A stretch of 53,804 nt of DNA from Alloprevotella sp. GTDB taxonomy: Bacteria; Bacteroidota; Bacteroidia; Bacteroidales; Bacteroidaceae. This document shows, piece after piece, positions 1 to 9,743 of the stretch (the first letter of the stretch is position 1; the number at the start of each line of letters is the position of its first letter). A program made the position numbers and the translations under genes. The stretch covers positions 1 to 53,804 of the forward strand of contig JBJFGJ010000062.1 of assembly GCA_051892575.1 (NCBI GenBank), given 5' to 3'. The notes beneath the pieces were generated by a model. The model did no database searches and was not told the origin of the DNA. It saw only the letters and a list, made by a program, of their open reading frames with translations.

Positions 1-51
1 AGCACCTGACTGTTAATCAGGGGGTCGTTGGTTCAAGCCCATCCTGAAGCG
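1..51 (+). tRNA. tRNA-Asn(GTT), 5'-truncated by window edge
   Basis: Identical to the 3' part of the full copy at 84-157; anticodon arm CCTGA-CT-GTT-AA-TCAGG, T-loop TTCAAGC. Confidence 0.9.
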
Positions 52-83
52 CACCGGCCGGCCGGTTTCAAGAATTGTCACCT

Positions 84-157
84 GCTTCAGTAGCTCAGTT
101 GGTTAGAGCACCTGACTGTTAATCAGGGGGTCGTTGGTTCAAGCCCATCCTGAAGCG
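84..157 (+). tRNA. tRNA-Asn(GTT)
   Basis: Cloverleaf: acceptor GCTTCAG/CTGAAGC, D arm GCTC..GAGC, anticodon GTT. Confidence 0.95.
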
Positions 158-166
158 CACCCAATC

Positions 167-195
167 AAGCATCCCCACGACCGGGGATGCTTTTT
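167..195 (+). terminator. Intrinsic terminator after tRNA-Asn pair
   Basis: AAGCATCCCC-acgacc-GGGGATGCTT followed by T-run. Confidence 0.85.
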
Positions 196-322
196 GCTAT
201 TAAAAAACCATCAACCGCTTTTCTGCCGCCCCCAATCCCCATAAATGGGCAAGACAGACCAATTTAACACAGCAAAACCTATTTTCAATTATAAGTTTCT
301 TACTTTTGCTAAAAACTTTTCG

Positions 323-330
323 TAGCTTTG
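323..330 (+). promoter_or_regulatory. Bacteroidetes -7 promoter element for MIPS
   Basis: TAGCTTTG matches TAnnTTTG, about 40 nt before the ATG. Confidence 0.6.
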
Positions 331-369
331 CAGTTTTGAAAACTATATCTATCAAAATAACTCAATAAC

Positions 370-1662
370 ATGGAACCTGCTAAAGGAAAATTAGGCGTGA
401 TGTGTGTCGGTCTCGGTGCCGTCACCACCACTTTTATGACGGGCGTCTTGATGACCCGCAAAGGCTTGGCTAAGCCTGTTGGCTCAATGACTCAATACGA
501 CAAAATCCGTGTCGGTAGAGGCAAAGACAAGAAATATCTGCACTACGGCGAGATTGTTCCCCTCACCGATTTGAAGGATATTGTCTTTGGCGCTTGGGAT
601 GTTTATCCTGCCAATGCCTATGAGAGTGCCATCAACGCCGAAGTGCTCAAAGAGAAAGACATCAACCCGGTGGCTGACGAACTGAAGGCCATCAAGCCCA
701 TTGCCGCCGCTTTCGACCGCAATTATGCCAAGCGTCTCGACGGCGACAACGTGAAAGACTGCAAGACCCGTTGGGATATGGTTGAAGCCCTTCGCGAAGA
801 CATCCGCCGCTTCAAAGCCGAAAATGCCTGCGACCGCATCGTAGTCATCTGGGCTGCCTCTACAGAAATCTACGTTCCCGTTGACGAGAATGTGCATGGC
901 ACTTTGGCTGCCCTCGAGGCTGCCATGAAGGCCGACGACCGTGAACACATCGCTCCCTCAATGTGCTACGCCTACGCTGCCTTGTGTGAAGGTGCTCCCT
1001 TCATCATGGGTGCTCCCAACACCACCGTCGACATCCCCGCTATGTGGGAGTTGGCCGAAAAGACCAAGATGCCCATTGCCGGCAAGGACTTCAAGACCGG
1101 CCAGACTTTGGTGAAGAGCGGTTTCGCCCCCATCATCGGCACACGTTGCCTCGGCCTCTCGGGCTGGTTCAGCACCAACATTCTTGGCAACCGCGACGGC
1201 CTCGTGCTCGACGAACCTGCCAACTTCCACACTAAGGAAGTGTCTAAACTCTCTACGCTTGAGAGTATCCTCGTGCCTGAGGAGCAGCCCGACCTCTACA
1301 CGGACTACTACCACAAGGTGCGCATCAACTACTATCCGCCCCGCAACGACAACAAAGAGGGTTGGGACAACATCGACATCTTTGGCTGGATGGGCTATCC
1401 TATGCAGATCAAGATCAACTTCCTCTGCCGCGACTCCATCCTTGCCGCTCCGCTCTTGCTCGACCTCGTGCTGCTCTCAGACCTCGCCGCCCGCAACGGC
1501 CGCTATGGCACGCAGCGCTTCCTGAGCTTCTTCCTCAAGAGCCCGATGCACGACTACACACAGGGCGAAGTGCCCATCAATCACCTCTTCCAGCAGTATG
1601 TCATGCTGAAAAACGCCATCCGCGAGATGGGCGGCTATGAAGCCGACGAAGAGATTGACTAA
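370..1662 (+). CDS. ino1: myo-inositol-1-phosphate synthase (MIPS)
   Basis: GLGAVTTT Rossmann start, GKDFKTGQT, NILGNRDG, NDNKEGWD and CRDSILAAPL motifs. Confidence 0.92.
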   Translation: MEPAKGKLGVMCVGLGAVTTTFMTGVLMTRKGLAKPVGSMTQYDKIRVGRGKDKKYLHYGEIVPLTDLKDIVFGAWDVYPANAYESAINAEVLKEKDINPVADELKAIKPIAAAFDRNYAKRLDGDNVKDCKTRWDMVEALREDIRRFKAENACDRIVVIWAASTEIYVPVDENVHGTLAALEAAMKADDREHIAPSMCYAYAALCEGAPFIMGAPNTTVDIPAMWELAEKTKMPIAGKDFKTGQTLVKSGFAPIIGTRCLGLSGWFSTNILGNRDGLVLDEPANFHTKEVSKLSTLESILVPEEQPDLYTDYYHKVRINYYPPRNDNKEGWDNIDIFGWMGYPMQIKINFLCRDSILAAPLLLDLVLLSDLAARNGRYGTQRFLSFFLKSPMHDYTQGEVPINHLFQQYVMLKNAIREMGGYEADEEID

Positions 1663-1686
1663 GCCAAGCCCTTCAGCTTATCATTC

Positions 1687-1720
1687 AAGAGGATGCACCT
1701 TTTAGTGCATCCTCTTTTAT
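1687..1720 (+). terminator. Intrinsic terminator
   Basis: AAGAGGATGCAC-ctttta-GTGCATCCTCTT followed by TT. Confidence 0.85.
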
Positions 1721-1758
1721 TTTTACACCTTACACAATATCTTTTACGAAAAACTCGC

Positions 1759-1766
1759 TACCTTTG
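1759..1766 (+). promoter_or_regulatory. -7 promoter element for the DUF5686 gene
   Basis: TACCTTTG followed by CA. Confidence 0.65.
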
Positions 1767-1912
1767 CAGAGTTTTTCAGTGCTATTTCTGTCGACGCCGA
1801 TTTAGTTTTGCCGGCAGCAGGCCGTTCATCGTAGCTACCCTCGCTATACCGGCCGGACCTGCAAGGTCGAAGAACGCCATTCACACGTATCTTTCCAAAC
1901 ATTCCGTTCAAG

Positions 1913-4507
1913 GTGAAAAGACAACTCTTATTCTTCATAATCAGCCTCATAGGCTTCGTTACTGTTTCGGCCCAACGTATTTCGGGCACTGTCACCGACG
2001 CCAAGACCGGCGAACTTCTTCCCTTTGTCAATGTGCAACTTGAGGGCGGCGGTTTCACCCGCACCGACGTCAACGGTAAATACAGTCTGCCGTTCCGTGC
2101 CGGCAAGATGCGCGTGTCCATGATTGGCTACGACACCAAGACGGTGCGTGTGGGCCAGGCCGGCGTCTACAACGTCAAACTACAAGACAACACCTCCGAG
2201 CTCCGTGAGGCCGTGGTAACGGGACACCGCAAAAAATACTCGCGAAAGAACAACCCGGCCGTCGAACTGATGCAGAAGGTGATTGCCGCCAAAAAGAAGA
2301 GCGACCTCAAGCGCTACGACTACTACAGCATTGACAAATATTCCAAGCTCACCTTTGCGCTCAACGACGTGACCGACAAGGTGTTTGAAGAAGGGCAGTT
2401 CAAGAAAATGCCCTTCTTGAAAGAGCACGTCGAGACCTGTAACGAGACGGGGAAACTCATTCTGCCCATCTCCGTGGACGAGAGCGTGACGCGCGAAATC
2501 TATCGCAAGTCTCCTCACGCCGACAAATCGATTGTGCTGGGCCAGCGCAGCAACGGCATCAACGACCTCTTCAACACGGGCGATATTCTCACCACGGTGC
2601 TCAAAGATTGTTTCACCGACGTGGATATCTACGAAGACGAGGTGCGCCTGTTGCAGTATCCCTTCACCAGCCCCATCTCCACACGCTCGGCCATCAGTTT
2701 CTACCGTTTTTATCTTGAAGACACCACCTATGTAGACGGCGCTAAGTGCATCCGGGTGGACTTTACGCCCAACAACCCTCAAGACTTCGGTTTCTCAGGC
2801 TCGCTCTACATCCTCGCCGACTCCACCTATCGTGTCAAGAAGGCCGATATCGGTATTCCGCGGCGCTCTGACGTCAACTTTGTGGAAAGCATGCGCGTCA
2901 TTCAGGAGTTCGAGCCCCTACCCAGCGGCGAACAGGTGCTTGTACGCGACAATATGCTCGTGCAACTCAAACTGGCCAGCTTCTTGCAGAAGTTCCAGGT
3001 GAAACGTACCACCGAATACAGCAATTTTTCTTTTGACATCATCCCCGACAAGGTTTTCAAATTCAAGGGCGACCAGCGCATCGACATCAACGCCAAGATG
3101 CGTGACGACATCTTTTGGGCAGAGCATCGACCCGACTCGCTCACAAAGAGCGAAGACCAGATGGACCTGCTCATCAAGCGCCTCGAGAGCGTCAAGGGCT
3201 TCAAACTGGTGCTCTTCACTGCCAAAGCCTTCATCGAAAACTTTGTCGAGACAACCACCGACCCCAAGAAGCCTTCAAAAGTCGACATCGGCCCCGTCAA
3301 CACCACCATTTCACAAAACTTCGTCGACGGTCTGCGCCTCCGAGCCTCTGCACAGACCACGGCCAACTTCAATCCGCACCTCTTCCTCAAAGGCTATGTA
3401 GCCTATGGCTTTAAAGACCACGAGTGGAAAGGCTTGGGCGAGGTGACCTATTCATTCAACAAAAAAGCCTATCTGCCGCGCGAGTTCCCCGTAAACAATC
3501 TCACGTTCACCTACAACCGCGACGTCATGTCGCCCAGCGACAAATTCCTCCCCACCGACAAAGACAATGTCTTCACTTCGTTCAAATGGACGAAAGTGGA
3601 CCATATGATGTATTACGAGACCCTGCGTCTGCTCTGGGACCGTGAGTGGGAAAACGGTCTGCGCCTCAAACTCCAGGTGCGCACAGAGCAAGACAAGCCC
3701 ACGGCAGCCTTCTTCTTCCAGTCGCTCGACGGTACAGGTGCGCCTTCACCCAACAGTGCCAAGTATCGCCAAAAGTTCCGCACATCCGACTTCACCGCCG
3801 GCCTCACCTTCCAGCCCGGCGTCACCTGGATCAATACCAAGCAACGACGCATTGCCGCCAACAACGACGCACCTATATTTTCGCTTTCCCACACCGTGGG
3901 ACTCTACGAGCAGTTTGACAAGACCCACACCTACAACTTCACCGAGGCGGGCATCTACAAGCGTTTCTGGATGGCCTCGTGGGGCAAGATAGACACTTAT
4001 CTCAAGGCTGGGGCGCAATGGAATAAGGTGCCCTTCCCGTTGCTTATCATGCCGGCGGCCAACCTCTCTTACATCATGGAGGACTATACGTTCAACCTCA
4101 TCAACAATATGGAGTTCCTCAACGACCGCTATGCCTCGCTTATGGTCTCCTGGGACATGAACGGCAAAATCCTCAACCGCATTCCGCTCATCAAGAAGCT
4201 GAAGTGGCGTGAATACATCGGCTGCAACGTGCTCTGGGGCACGCTCACCAGCAAGAACAATCCATTCCTTGCCAAAAACGCCAACGACCCGCGTCTCTTC
4301 TACTTCCCCGGCCACTTCAACGCCGACGGATCGTTTGACTACCTCTCCACGGTGATGGACAAGAAGAAGCCTTATGTCGAAGTCATTGCGGGCATACACA
4401 ACATCTTCAAGATTTTCCATATAGAATATGTGCGCCGCCTCACCTATGTCGACGACCCCGACACAGACAAATGGGGCATCCGCTTCATGTTCCGCGTGAC
4501 GTTCTAA
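1913..4507 (+). CDS. Outer-membrane protein, carboxypeptidase-regulatory-like N-domain plus DUF5686
   Basis: GTG start, signal peptide, ISGTVTDAKTGELLPFVNV (CarbopepD_reg_2-like), KYSRKNNPAVELM, C-terminal Phe. Confidence 0.8.
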   Translation: MKRQLLFFIISLIGFVTVSAQRISGTVTDAKTGELLPFVNVQLEGGGFTRTDVNGKYSLPFRAGKMRVSMIGYDTKTVRVGQAGVYNVKLQDNTSELREAVVTGHRKKYSRKNNPAVELMQKVIAAKKKSDLKRYDYYSIDKYSKLTFALNDVTDKVFEEGQFKKMPFLKEHVETCNETGKLILPISVDESVTREIYRKSPHADKSIVLGQRSNGINDLFNTGDILTTVLKDCFTDVDIYEDEVRLLQYPFTSPISTRSAISFYRFYLEDTTYVDGAKCIRVDFTPNNPQDFGFSGSLYILADSTYRVKKADIGIPRRSDVNFVESMRVIQEFEPLPSGEQVLVRDNMLVQLKLASFLQKFQVKRTTEYSNFSFDIIPDKVFKFKGDQRIDINAKMRDDIFWAEHRPDSLTKSEDQMDLLIKRLESVKGFKLVLFTAKAFIENFVETTTDPKKPSKVDIGPVNTTISQNFVDGLRLRASAQTTANFNPHLFLKGYVAYGFKDHEWKGLGEVTYSFNKKAYLPREFPVNNLTFTYNRDVMSPSDKFLPTDKDNVFTSFKWTKVDHMMYYETLRLLWDREWENGLRLKLQVRTEQDKPTAAFFFQSLDGTGAPSPNSAKYRQKFRTSDFTAGLTFQPGVTWINTKQRRIAANNDAPIFSLSHTVGLYEQFDKTHTYNFTEAGIYKRFWMASWGKIDTYLKAGAQWNKVPFPLLIMPAANLSYIMEDYTFNLINNMEFLNDRYASLMVSWDMNGKILNRIPLIKKLKWREYIGCNVLWGTLTSKNNPFLAKNANDPRLFYFPGHFNADGSFDYLSTVMDKKKPYVEVIAGIHNIFKIFHIEYVRRLTYVDDPDTDKWGIRFMFRVTF

Positions 4508-4521
4508 ACACGCCCATACCC

Positions 4522-4572
4522 AATCAACGCGACATCTGTCCGGCTTCAATCCGGGTAGATGTCGCGTTGATT
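4522..4572. terminator. Bidirectional terminator between convergent genes
   Basis: 16-bp inverted repeat AATCAACGCGACATCT / AGATGTCGCGTTGATT. Confidence 0.8.
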
Positions 4573-4591
4573 TATTTTGGATTGCTTCGTC

Positions 4592-5308
4592 CTATCGTTT
4601 TCGCCAAAAGGCGCGTCTGAAAAGGTGGCCGATGAGATAAAGGCGGTATCTCAACTGGAAGGCCGTCGAGTTGGCCGATTTGGCACCGCCGTTGGTGGTG
4701 TTGCCTTCGTGCCGCCGGTATTTGATGAGTTTGTCGTCTATGATGACGGCCTTGTAAAACGTCTTGGCCACGAGGAAGAGCCAGTTGTCGTGGGTGCAGA
4801 GCTTGTGTTTTTGGGGGAAGGGAAGGGCTTTGGCCAAAATGGTGCGTCTGAAACACATGCAGCAGCCTAAATACCGAAACCTGATGATGTTACCCAAATA
4901 AGAGCGCGACGAGTGATAAAGCTGGTAAAAAGAGGAGGCTATCTCTTCTTCGTCATTGTTGACCACTTGGGCGTCGCTCACCACAAAGTCGCAATGCTCC
5001 AAAAGGGCCAGACAACGCTCCACCTTGCCCGGCATCCATAGGTCGTCTTGGTCGGCCAGGAAGATGATGTCGCCGGTGGCCGCTTTGAGGGCGTGCTCAA
5101 AGTTGCTCACATAGCCGTGGTCGGTGGTGTGATGCACGATGCGCACTTGCGGCAGTCCCAGCGACGTGACCACCTCGAGCGTCTCGTCGGTCGAGCCGTC
5201 GTCGGATATGACAATCTCGTCGTCGGCCGAGAGTTGGCAGGCGACGGACCGGAGTTGCTCACCGATGTAGGCGGCACCGTTGTAGGTGGCTATGCAGACT
5301 GAAATCAT
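4592..5308 (-). CDS. Glycosyltransferase family 2
   Basis: ISVCIATYNG, ISDDGSTD, FLADQDDLW, THDNW. Confidence 0.92.
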   Translation of the reverse strand: MISVCIATYNGAAYIGEQLRSVACQLSADDEIVISDDGSTDETLEVVTSLGLPQVRIVHHTTDHGYVSNFEHALKAATGDIIFLADQDDLWMPGKVERCLALLEHCDFVVSDAQVVNNDEEEIASSFYQLYHSSRSYLGNIIRFRYLGCCMCFRRTILAKALPFPQKHKLCTHDNWLFLVAKTFYKAVIIDDKLIKYRRHEGNTTNGGAKSANSTAFQLRYRLYLIGHLFRRAFWRKR

Positions 5309-6147
5309 ACTCGATGTTTAGGGTTGCGGTGTTTAGGCTTGAACAGATTTTTCAGATAAAGCCCCATAAACTTGAGGCTCTTGTGATGACAGCAAAGGCC
5401 CAGCGTGCGCCTCATCATACTGTAATGATGCAGCAGGTGGCCGTTGAAGCCCTCCAGACGGCAGGCATTGGCACATTCCAAGTAGATGCGATAGCGCCTG
5501 ATGGCGCGGCCGAGGTCTTTGTCGTCGTTGGAATAGTTTTGTGTGATGACGAAGGGCAGCAGCCACAGACCGTCGTTGATTTTTCTGACTTTCTGCAAAA
5601 ACTGGAAATCTGCAAAGTCCAGATAGATGCGTTCGTCATAACCGCCTGCCTCGAGAAAAAGTGACGTGGGTATGCACAGACCGCTGTTGATGACGATGAG
5701 GTCCCGTAGCGAGTAAGTGCCGCTTTTGATGTCTCGGGGCGTTTTCTTCCAGACAGAAGGCATATAGGGGCTGAACGGCTGCCCCAGCGACGTGACCGAG
5801 ATGGGCGCCGTCACGCCCGCGAAGTCTATCGTGTCGAGATAGGCCCCGAAGGCTTCAGGTGGAAATGTGGTGTCATCGTCGAGCAGGAGAATTCTTTTGT
5901 AGCCTAATTCGTTGGCCCTTTGGGCGGTCAGATTGTAGGCTTTGGGCAAGCCGCTGTTTTGAGTGTCTCTCACGTAGATGGCCCGGGGGCAGAGCGCGGC
6001 GATGTCTTCTTGGGCAAAAGTGGCCGGCGAGTTGTCGTAGACCACAAACTCCTCAATACCGTTGGGCTTAATCAACGACAGGTAGGTGGCAGAGTCGCTC
6101 AAGTGCGTCTGATATAAAACGATGACCGGGAGTATGCTGTTTGCCAT
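5305..6147 (-). CDS. Glycosyltransferase family 2 (rhamnosyltransferase-like)
   Basis: VIVLY, VYDNS, NSGLPKAYN, LLLDDDT, INSG, YLDFAD; 4-nt overlap with the next gene. Confidence 0.85.
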   Translation of the reverse strand: MANSILPVIVLYQTHLSDSATYLSLIKPNGIEEFVVYDNSPATFAQEDIAALCPRAIYVRDTQNSGLPKAYNLTAQRANELGYKRILLLDDDTTFPPEAFGAYLDTIDFAGVTAPISVTSLGQPFSPYMPSVWKKTPRDIKSGTYSLRDLIVINSGLCIPTSLFLEAGGYDERIYLDFADFQFLQKVRKINDGLWLLPFVITQNYSNDDKDLGRAIRRYRIYLECANACRLEGFNGHLLHHYSMMRRTLGLCCHHKSLKFMGLYLKNLFKPKHRNPKHRV

Positions 6148-6167
6148 GACTTGTCGCTTTTGTGGAC

Positions 6168-7214
6168 TTAAACATTAAGGTTGAGCCATTGGTTGTAGAG
6201 CACGTCCATAGCCAGGATGGCCGTGGCGAAGAGCAGCAGGAGTATCTGGCCGGCTATGCGCGGACGTATGGCATAGATGATGTAGGGGAAGAGGATGATT
6301 TCCACCACACCAAAAATCTCTGAGACTCTGAAGGCCAACACCGGCAAGAAGGCCAGCATAGCGAAGCAGATGATAGAAAGGGCGTAAATCTTCAGGAAAA
6401 GCGCCATCTGCGGGAAGTGGCGTTTGATCAAGTCATACTTCCACAGCAAGAAGTAATACATCGCCATTTTGAGCAGCGACACGATGTTGAAGAGGTTGAT
6501 TTCGTCCATATTCATCATACCCGAGTCGCGCATCTCCTCATAGAGTTCGAGTTTGTCTTGTATGCCGGGGATGGGAATGGCCGAAAGCCAACCGATATTG
6601 CTGGGCGAGACCACATAGGCCGCCAGTGGCAACACGATGAGTGCGAGTTTCCAACGGTCAGAGAGTTCGCCGCAACCCAGAAACGCCAGCGGCAGCAACA
6701 CGATGGCCGAGTAGTGGAAAAAGATGGCCACACCAATCATCAGGGCATAGGCCAACCGTTTCTTTTCAATCAGAAACTGCAAGGCCAGAATGAAGATGCC
6801 CGTCGCCACCGCCACGCGGATCTGCGTGGTGTTCTGGAGAATGAAAAAGTGGCTCATCCACACAGCCATCGACAAGAACCAGAGTTTCGTGTTGCGACTC
6901 ACGGCAAAGGCCATGAGGGGGATGGACAAGACGGCATAAATGATCAGTACGCCACGGATGCCACCCAACCAACTCTGTGCGATGTCTGAGATGAAATAAA
7001 ACGAAGGCTCCACCAAGATGTTGCCGGCATAGAAGAACTTCTCGTATTCGCCCGAGTCCTTATCCAGTCCGATGGGGCGCAGTCCCACCATCAGCACCAG
7101 CACCACGGCGATGGCGATGTAGGCACCCACGACGTATTTGTCCTTCTCCTTGTCCATAAACGACAGGAAAAGCACCAGGCAAAACAGGCAGACGTATATG
7201 CCGAAGAAAATCAT
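6168..7214 (-). CDS. EpsG-family O-antigen/EPS polymerase (Wzy-like)
   Basis: Multi-TM; GLR..G.D...Y, EP.F, QIR..VA and FHYSA motifs typical of EpsG. Confidence 0.82.
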   Translation of the reverse strand: MIFFGIYVCLFCLVLFLSFMDKEKDKYVVGAYIAIAVVLVLMVGLRPIGLDKDSGEYEKFFYAGNILVEPSFYFISDIAQSWLGGIRGVLIIYAVLSIPLMAFAVSRNTKLWFLSMAVWMSHFFILQNTTQIRVAVATGIFILALQFLIEKKRLAYALMIGVAIFFHYSAIVLLPLAFLGCGELSDRWKLALIVLPLAAYVVSPSNIGWLSAIPIPGIQDKLELYEEMRDSGMMNMDEINLFNIVSLLKMAMYYFLLWKYDLIKRHFPQMALFLKIYALSIICFAMLAFLPVLAFRVSEIFGVVEIILFPYIIYAIRPRIAGQILLLLFATAILAMDVLYNQWLNLNV

Positions 7215-7245
7215 AGGCGGGGTGAGGGTGAGTGTAGGTTAGGGC

Positions 7246-8298
7246 TTACCATTTCAGGCTCTTGTCTTTGACCAACAAGACCACGGAGGTGACGGCAAAA
7301 CACACCATCAGCATCGTGAGGATGAAAAACAAACGTTTCGGGCCGGCCGGCTTGACGGGAACGGAAGCGGCCTGCACGGTGGTGAATACGGGCGTGCGCT
7401 CCAAGACCTTGCTCTCTGCGGCCACACACTGGCTCTGCAGTTTGGTATAGATGGCGTAGGCGCTCTGCATGTCTTCTTCCATTTGGCTTTGACGGGTTTT
7501 CAGGCTCGCCAGGTCAAGTTCCTGGTGCGTGTCAGAAAAAGCACCGTATGCCTTTTGTTTCTTTAGATAGTCTTGTTCGGCCATGTTTCTCACCTTGACC
7601 AGATGCGCCAATTCCTGGCGTGCCTTTTTGGTGCGGTATTCGGTCATGTGGCGCTGCAGGGCGTTTTTCACCGAGTCGGCCAGGGTGGTGGCCACCAGCG
7701 GGTCGAGGGCTTGCGTCTTTATGGTGATGACTTGCGTCTTCTTGTCCACGTCGCAGCTGATGCTTTTGGCAATGCTCCGTGCCATGGCGTCTTGCTCTTT
7801 GGTCAGTCTGAAGGGGTCGATGACATAGCGGCCGTTCTTTTTTTCGGCAATGGGTTTGCCCTTGCCCGAACTCCACCACGGCTGGGGTGCCTGATAGGTG
7901 AGATAATCGGCCAAGGCGCCGTGCCACTGTCCGTCGGCGGTGGTCACCTGCATATCAAAGAAGGGCACAATGAAATCTTTGCTTTCAATCAGGTCGGGGT
8001 AAAACAGCGGGATGATAGCGTCTTCTGAGTTCATCATACCCGACAGGTCGATGCCCACCATTGAGGCCATACCCGAGAATTGCGACATCTTGTCGTTGCC
8101 GCTCGTCTCCGGCGCCAGGATGATTTCCACCTCGTAGTAGCGCGGTTGGCTGTAAATGTAGACGGCCGACAACACCAGCACAATAAGCATCGGCAGGATA
8201 TAATGGCGTTTCCGCGCGCGCAGACTCCGGTAGACGAGGTCGAGACGCACTTCTCGCTTCATCACCGACTCGGCTTGTGGGTTTTGGTTTGCTTCCAT
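7246..8298 (-). CDS. Chain-length determinant (Wzz-like polysaccharide co-polymerase)
   Basis: Two terminal TMs, YPDLIES..F, coiled coil, P..PAGPKR before the C-terminal TM; start moved to ATG 8298 to avoid overlap with wzx. Confidence 0.85.
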   Translation of the reverse strand: MEANQNPQAESVMKREVRLDLVYRSLRARKRHYILPMLIVLVLSAVYIYSQPRYYEVEIILAPETSGNDKMSQFSGMASMVGIDLSGMMNSEDAIIPLFYPDLIESKDFIVPFFDMQVTTADGQWHGALADYLTYQAPQPWWSSGKGKPIAEKKNGRYVIDPFRLTKEQDAMARSIAKSISCDVDKKTQVITIKTQALDPLVATTLADSVKNALQRHMTEYRTKKARQELAHLVKVRNMAEQDYLKKQKAYGAFSDTHQELDLASLKTRQSQMEEDMQSAYAIYTKLQSQCVAAESKVLERTPVFTTVQAASVPVKPAGPKRLFFILTMLMVCFAVTSVVLLVKDKSLKW

Positions 8299-8336
8299 AA
8301 ATGGCGTTTTACTATATAAACGTTCAAGGCCGGCAC

Positions 8337-9680
8337 TTATTTTATCCAGATGCCTTTGGCACGGCCTTTGAGCAGTTTGTTGACTTGCAGATAATTGGTC
8401 ACGGCACACATCAGATTGACGATGATGAGGGCCACGACTATGCCTTCCAGCCCCATCCCTTTCAGACTGCCTATGGCCAGCGGCACAAAGACGACGGCCT
8501 CAACCAGGGTAACAAGGCTCTGCAGCAGGATGCAGCCGATGCCGTAGAGAATGTGGGCATAGAGCAGGCTGAACATGAGCACACCTATATATATAGCCAT
8601 CAGCACGGTCATAGACGGCGAGATGTCTACCTTGCCCAGTGTCCAGACGGGGTAAATCCAGCCGGCCACTACCGCCATGCCGACAAGGAGCAACGTGGTG
8701 CCGCCCAACACGTAGAGACCTTTTCGCAGACAGCGGCTTATCCAAGCCATCTCGCCTTTGGTGTAGGCGTCGGTTATGGCCGACCACATCGGTGCTATGA
8801 CAATGCTGAAGAGCATCAGGGCCACGCTGAAGTAGCGATAGGCTATCTGATAAGGCGATACGTGCTCAGGACCCAGTATGCGGGAGATGAACAAGTTGCT
8901 TGAGGCGAAAAGCACGATGCCGGCAGTCTGCAAAAAGAAGAACTTGAAGCCGAGGCTGAAGATGCCGCCCAGCATAGCCCGGCTGTAACACTTCACCGAC
9001 GGCAACAGACGCGGATAGAGTTTCAAGAAGGTGACGGGATAGGCCAAGAGATAGACCACGAGCGGTGCGGCGGTGAAGAGAAAAGCTATGAGCAGGAAGC
9101 TGACCTCGTCGCTACACAGACGGGCAATGGCGATGGCGATGAGCGAAAGCGTCTGGCCACCCACGATGAGAGCGTTGTTCACAGCCGGCAGTTGCAGGCC
9201 CAAAAAGACATTGCCCACAAACTTGAACACGAAGGTCAGGCAGACCAATCCCGTGGAGAGTTGCACGATGAGCGGCAAGTGGGGCGAGCGCTCCGGCGAC
9301 ACGCCGAGCAGGCCGTAGAGGTCGGCGTAGTGTTCGGCGGTGAGCAGGATGAAAATGGCCGGCACCATGATGAGCACCAGCGTGAAGAATGTCGTGCTCA
9401 CGGCCTGCCGGGCCTTGTCCCATTCGTCGCGGGCCACAAACTCGGCCAACTTGTTGCGCAGGCCGTTGCCCAGTCCCACGTCGAACGAGTCTATCCAGAT
9501 GAGCACCGTGCTAAGCGTCATCCAGATGCCGTATTCATAGGGGTTGAGGCAGGCCAGGGTCAGCGGCACCAACAACAACTGCACCACGCCCGACCACCCT
9601 TTGATGAGGAAGGAGGCCAGGATGTTGACCAACATCTTCGAAGTGCGTTGGTCGGTGCGTTGGAGGCGTGAGCGTAGCAT
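8337..9680 (-). CDS. Polysaccharide flippase (Wzx, MATE-like)
   Basis: About 12 TMs; YGIWMTL..., FDVGLGNGLRNKL. Confidence 0.88.
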   Translation of the reverse strand: MLRSRLQRTDQRTSKMLVNILASFLIKGWSGVVQLLLVPLTLACLNPYEYGIWMTLSTVLIWIDSFDVGLGNGLRNKLAEFVARDEWDKARQAVSTTFFTLVLIMVPAIFILLTAEHYADLYGLLGVSPERSPHLPLIVQLSTGLVCLTFVFKFVGNVFLGLQLPAVNNALIVGGQTLSLIAIAIARLCSDEVSFLLIAFLFTAAPLVVYLLAYPVTFLKLYPRLLPSVKCYSRAMLGGIFSLGFKFFFLQTAGIVLFASSNLFISRILGPEHVSPYQIAYRYFSVALMLFSIVIAPMWSAITDAYTKGEMAWISRCLRKGLYVLGGTTLLLVGMAVVAGWIYPVWTLGKVDISPSMTVLMAIYIGVLMFSLLYAHILYGIGCILLQSLVTLVEAVVFVPLAIGSLKGMGLEGIVVALIIVNLMCAVTNYLQVNKLLKGRAKGIWIK

Positions 9681-9743
9681 CTGTTGGGGCTGTTTCGGGC
9701 AGCCTTTGAGCGACCCGGTGGTGAAGTATTACTGATTTTGTGC

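Noticed and set aside
1-157. Duplicated tRNA-Asn as an att site, and its G1-C72 pair as unusual
   Set aside because: Tandem identical tRNAs 32 nt apart are ordinary, there is no integrase, and G1-C72 is compatible with direct AsnRS charging
1748-1777. Invertible promoter
   Set aside because: The 12-bp interior is far shorter than known Bacteroides invertible segments and there is no recombinase nearby
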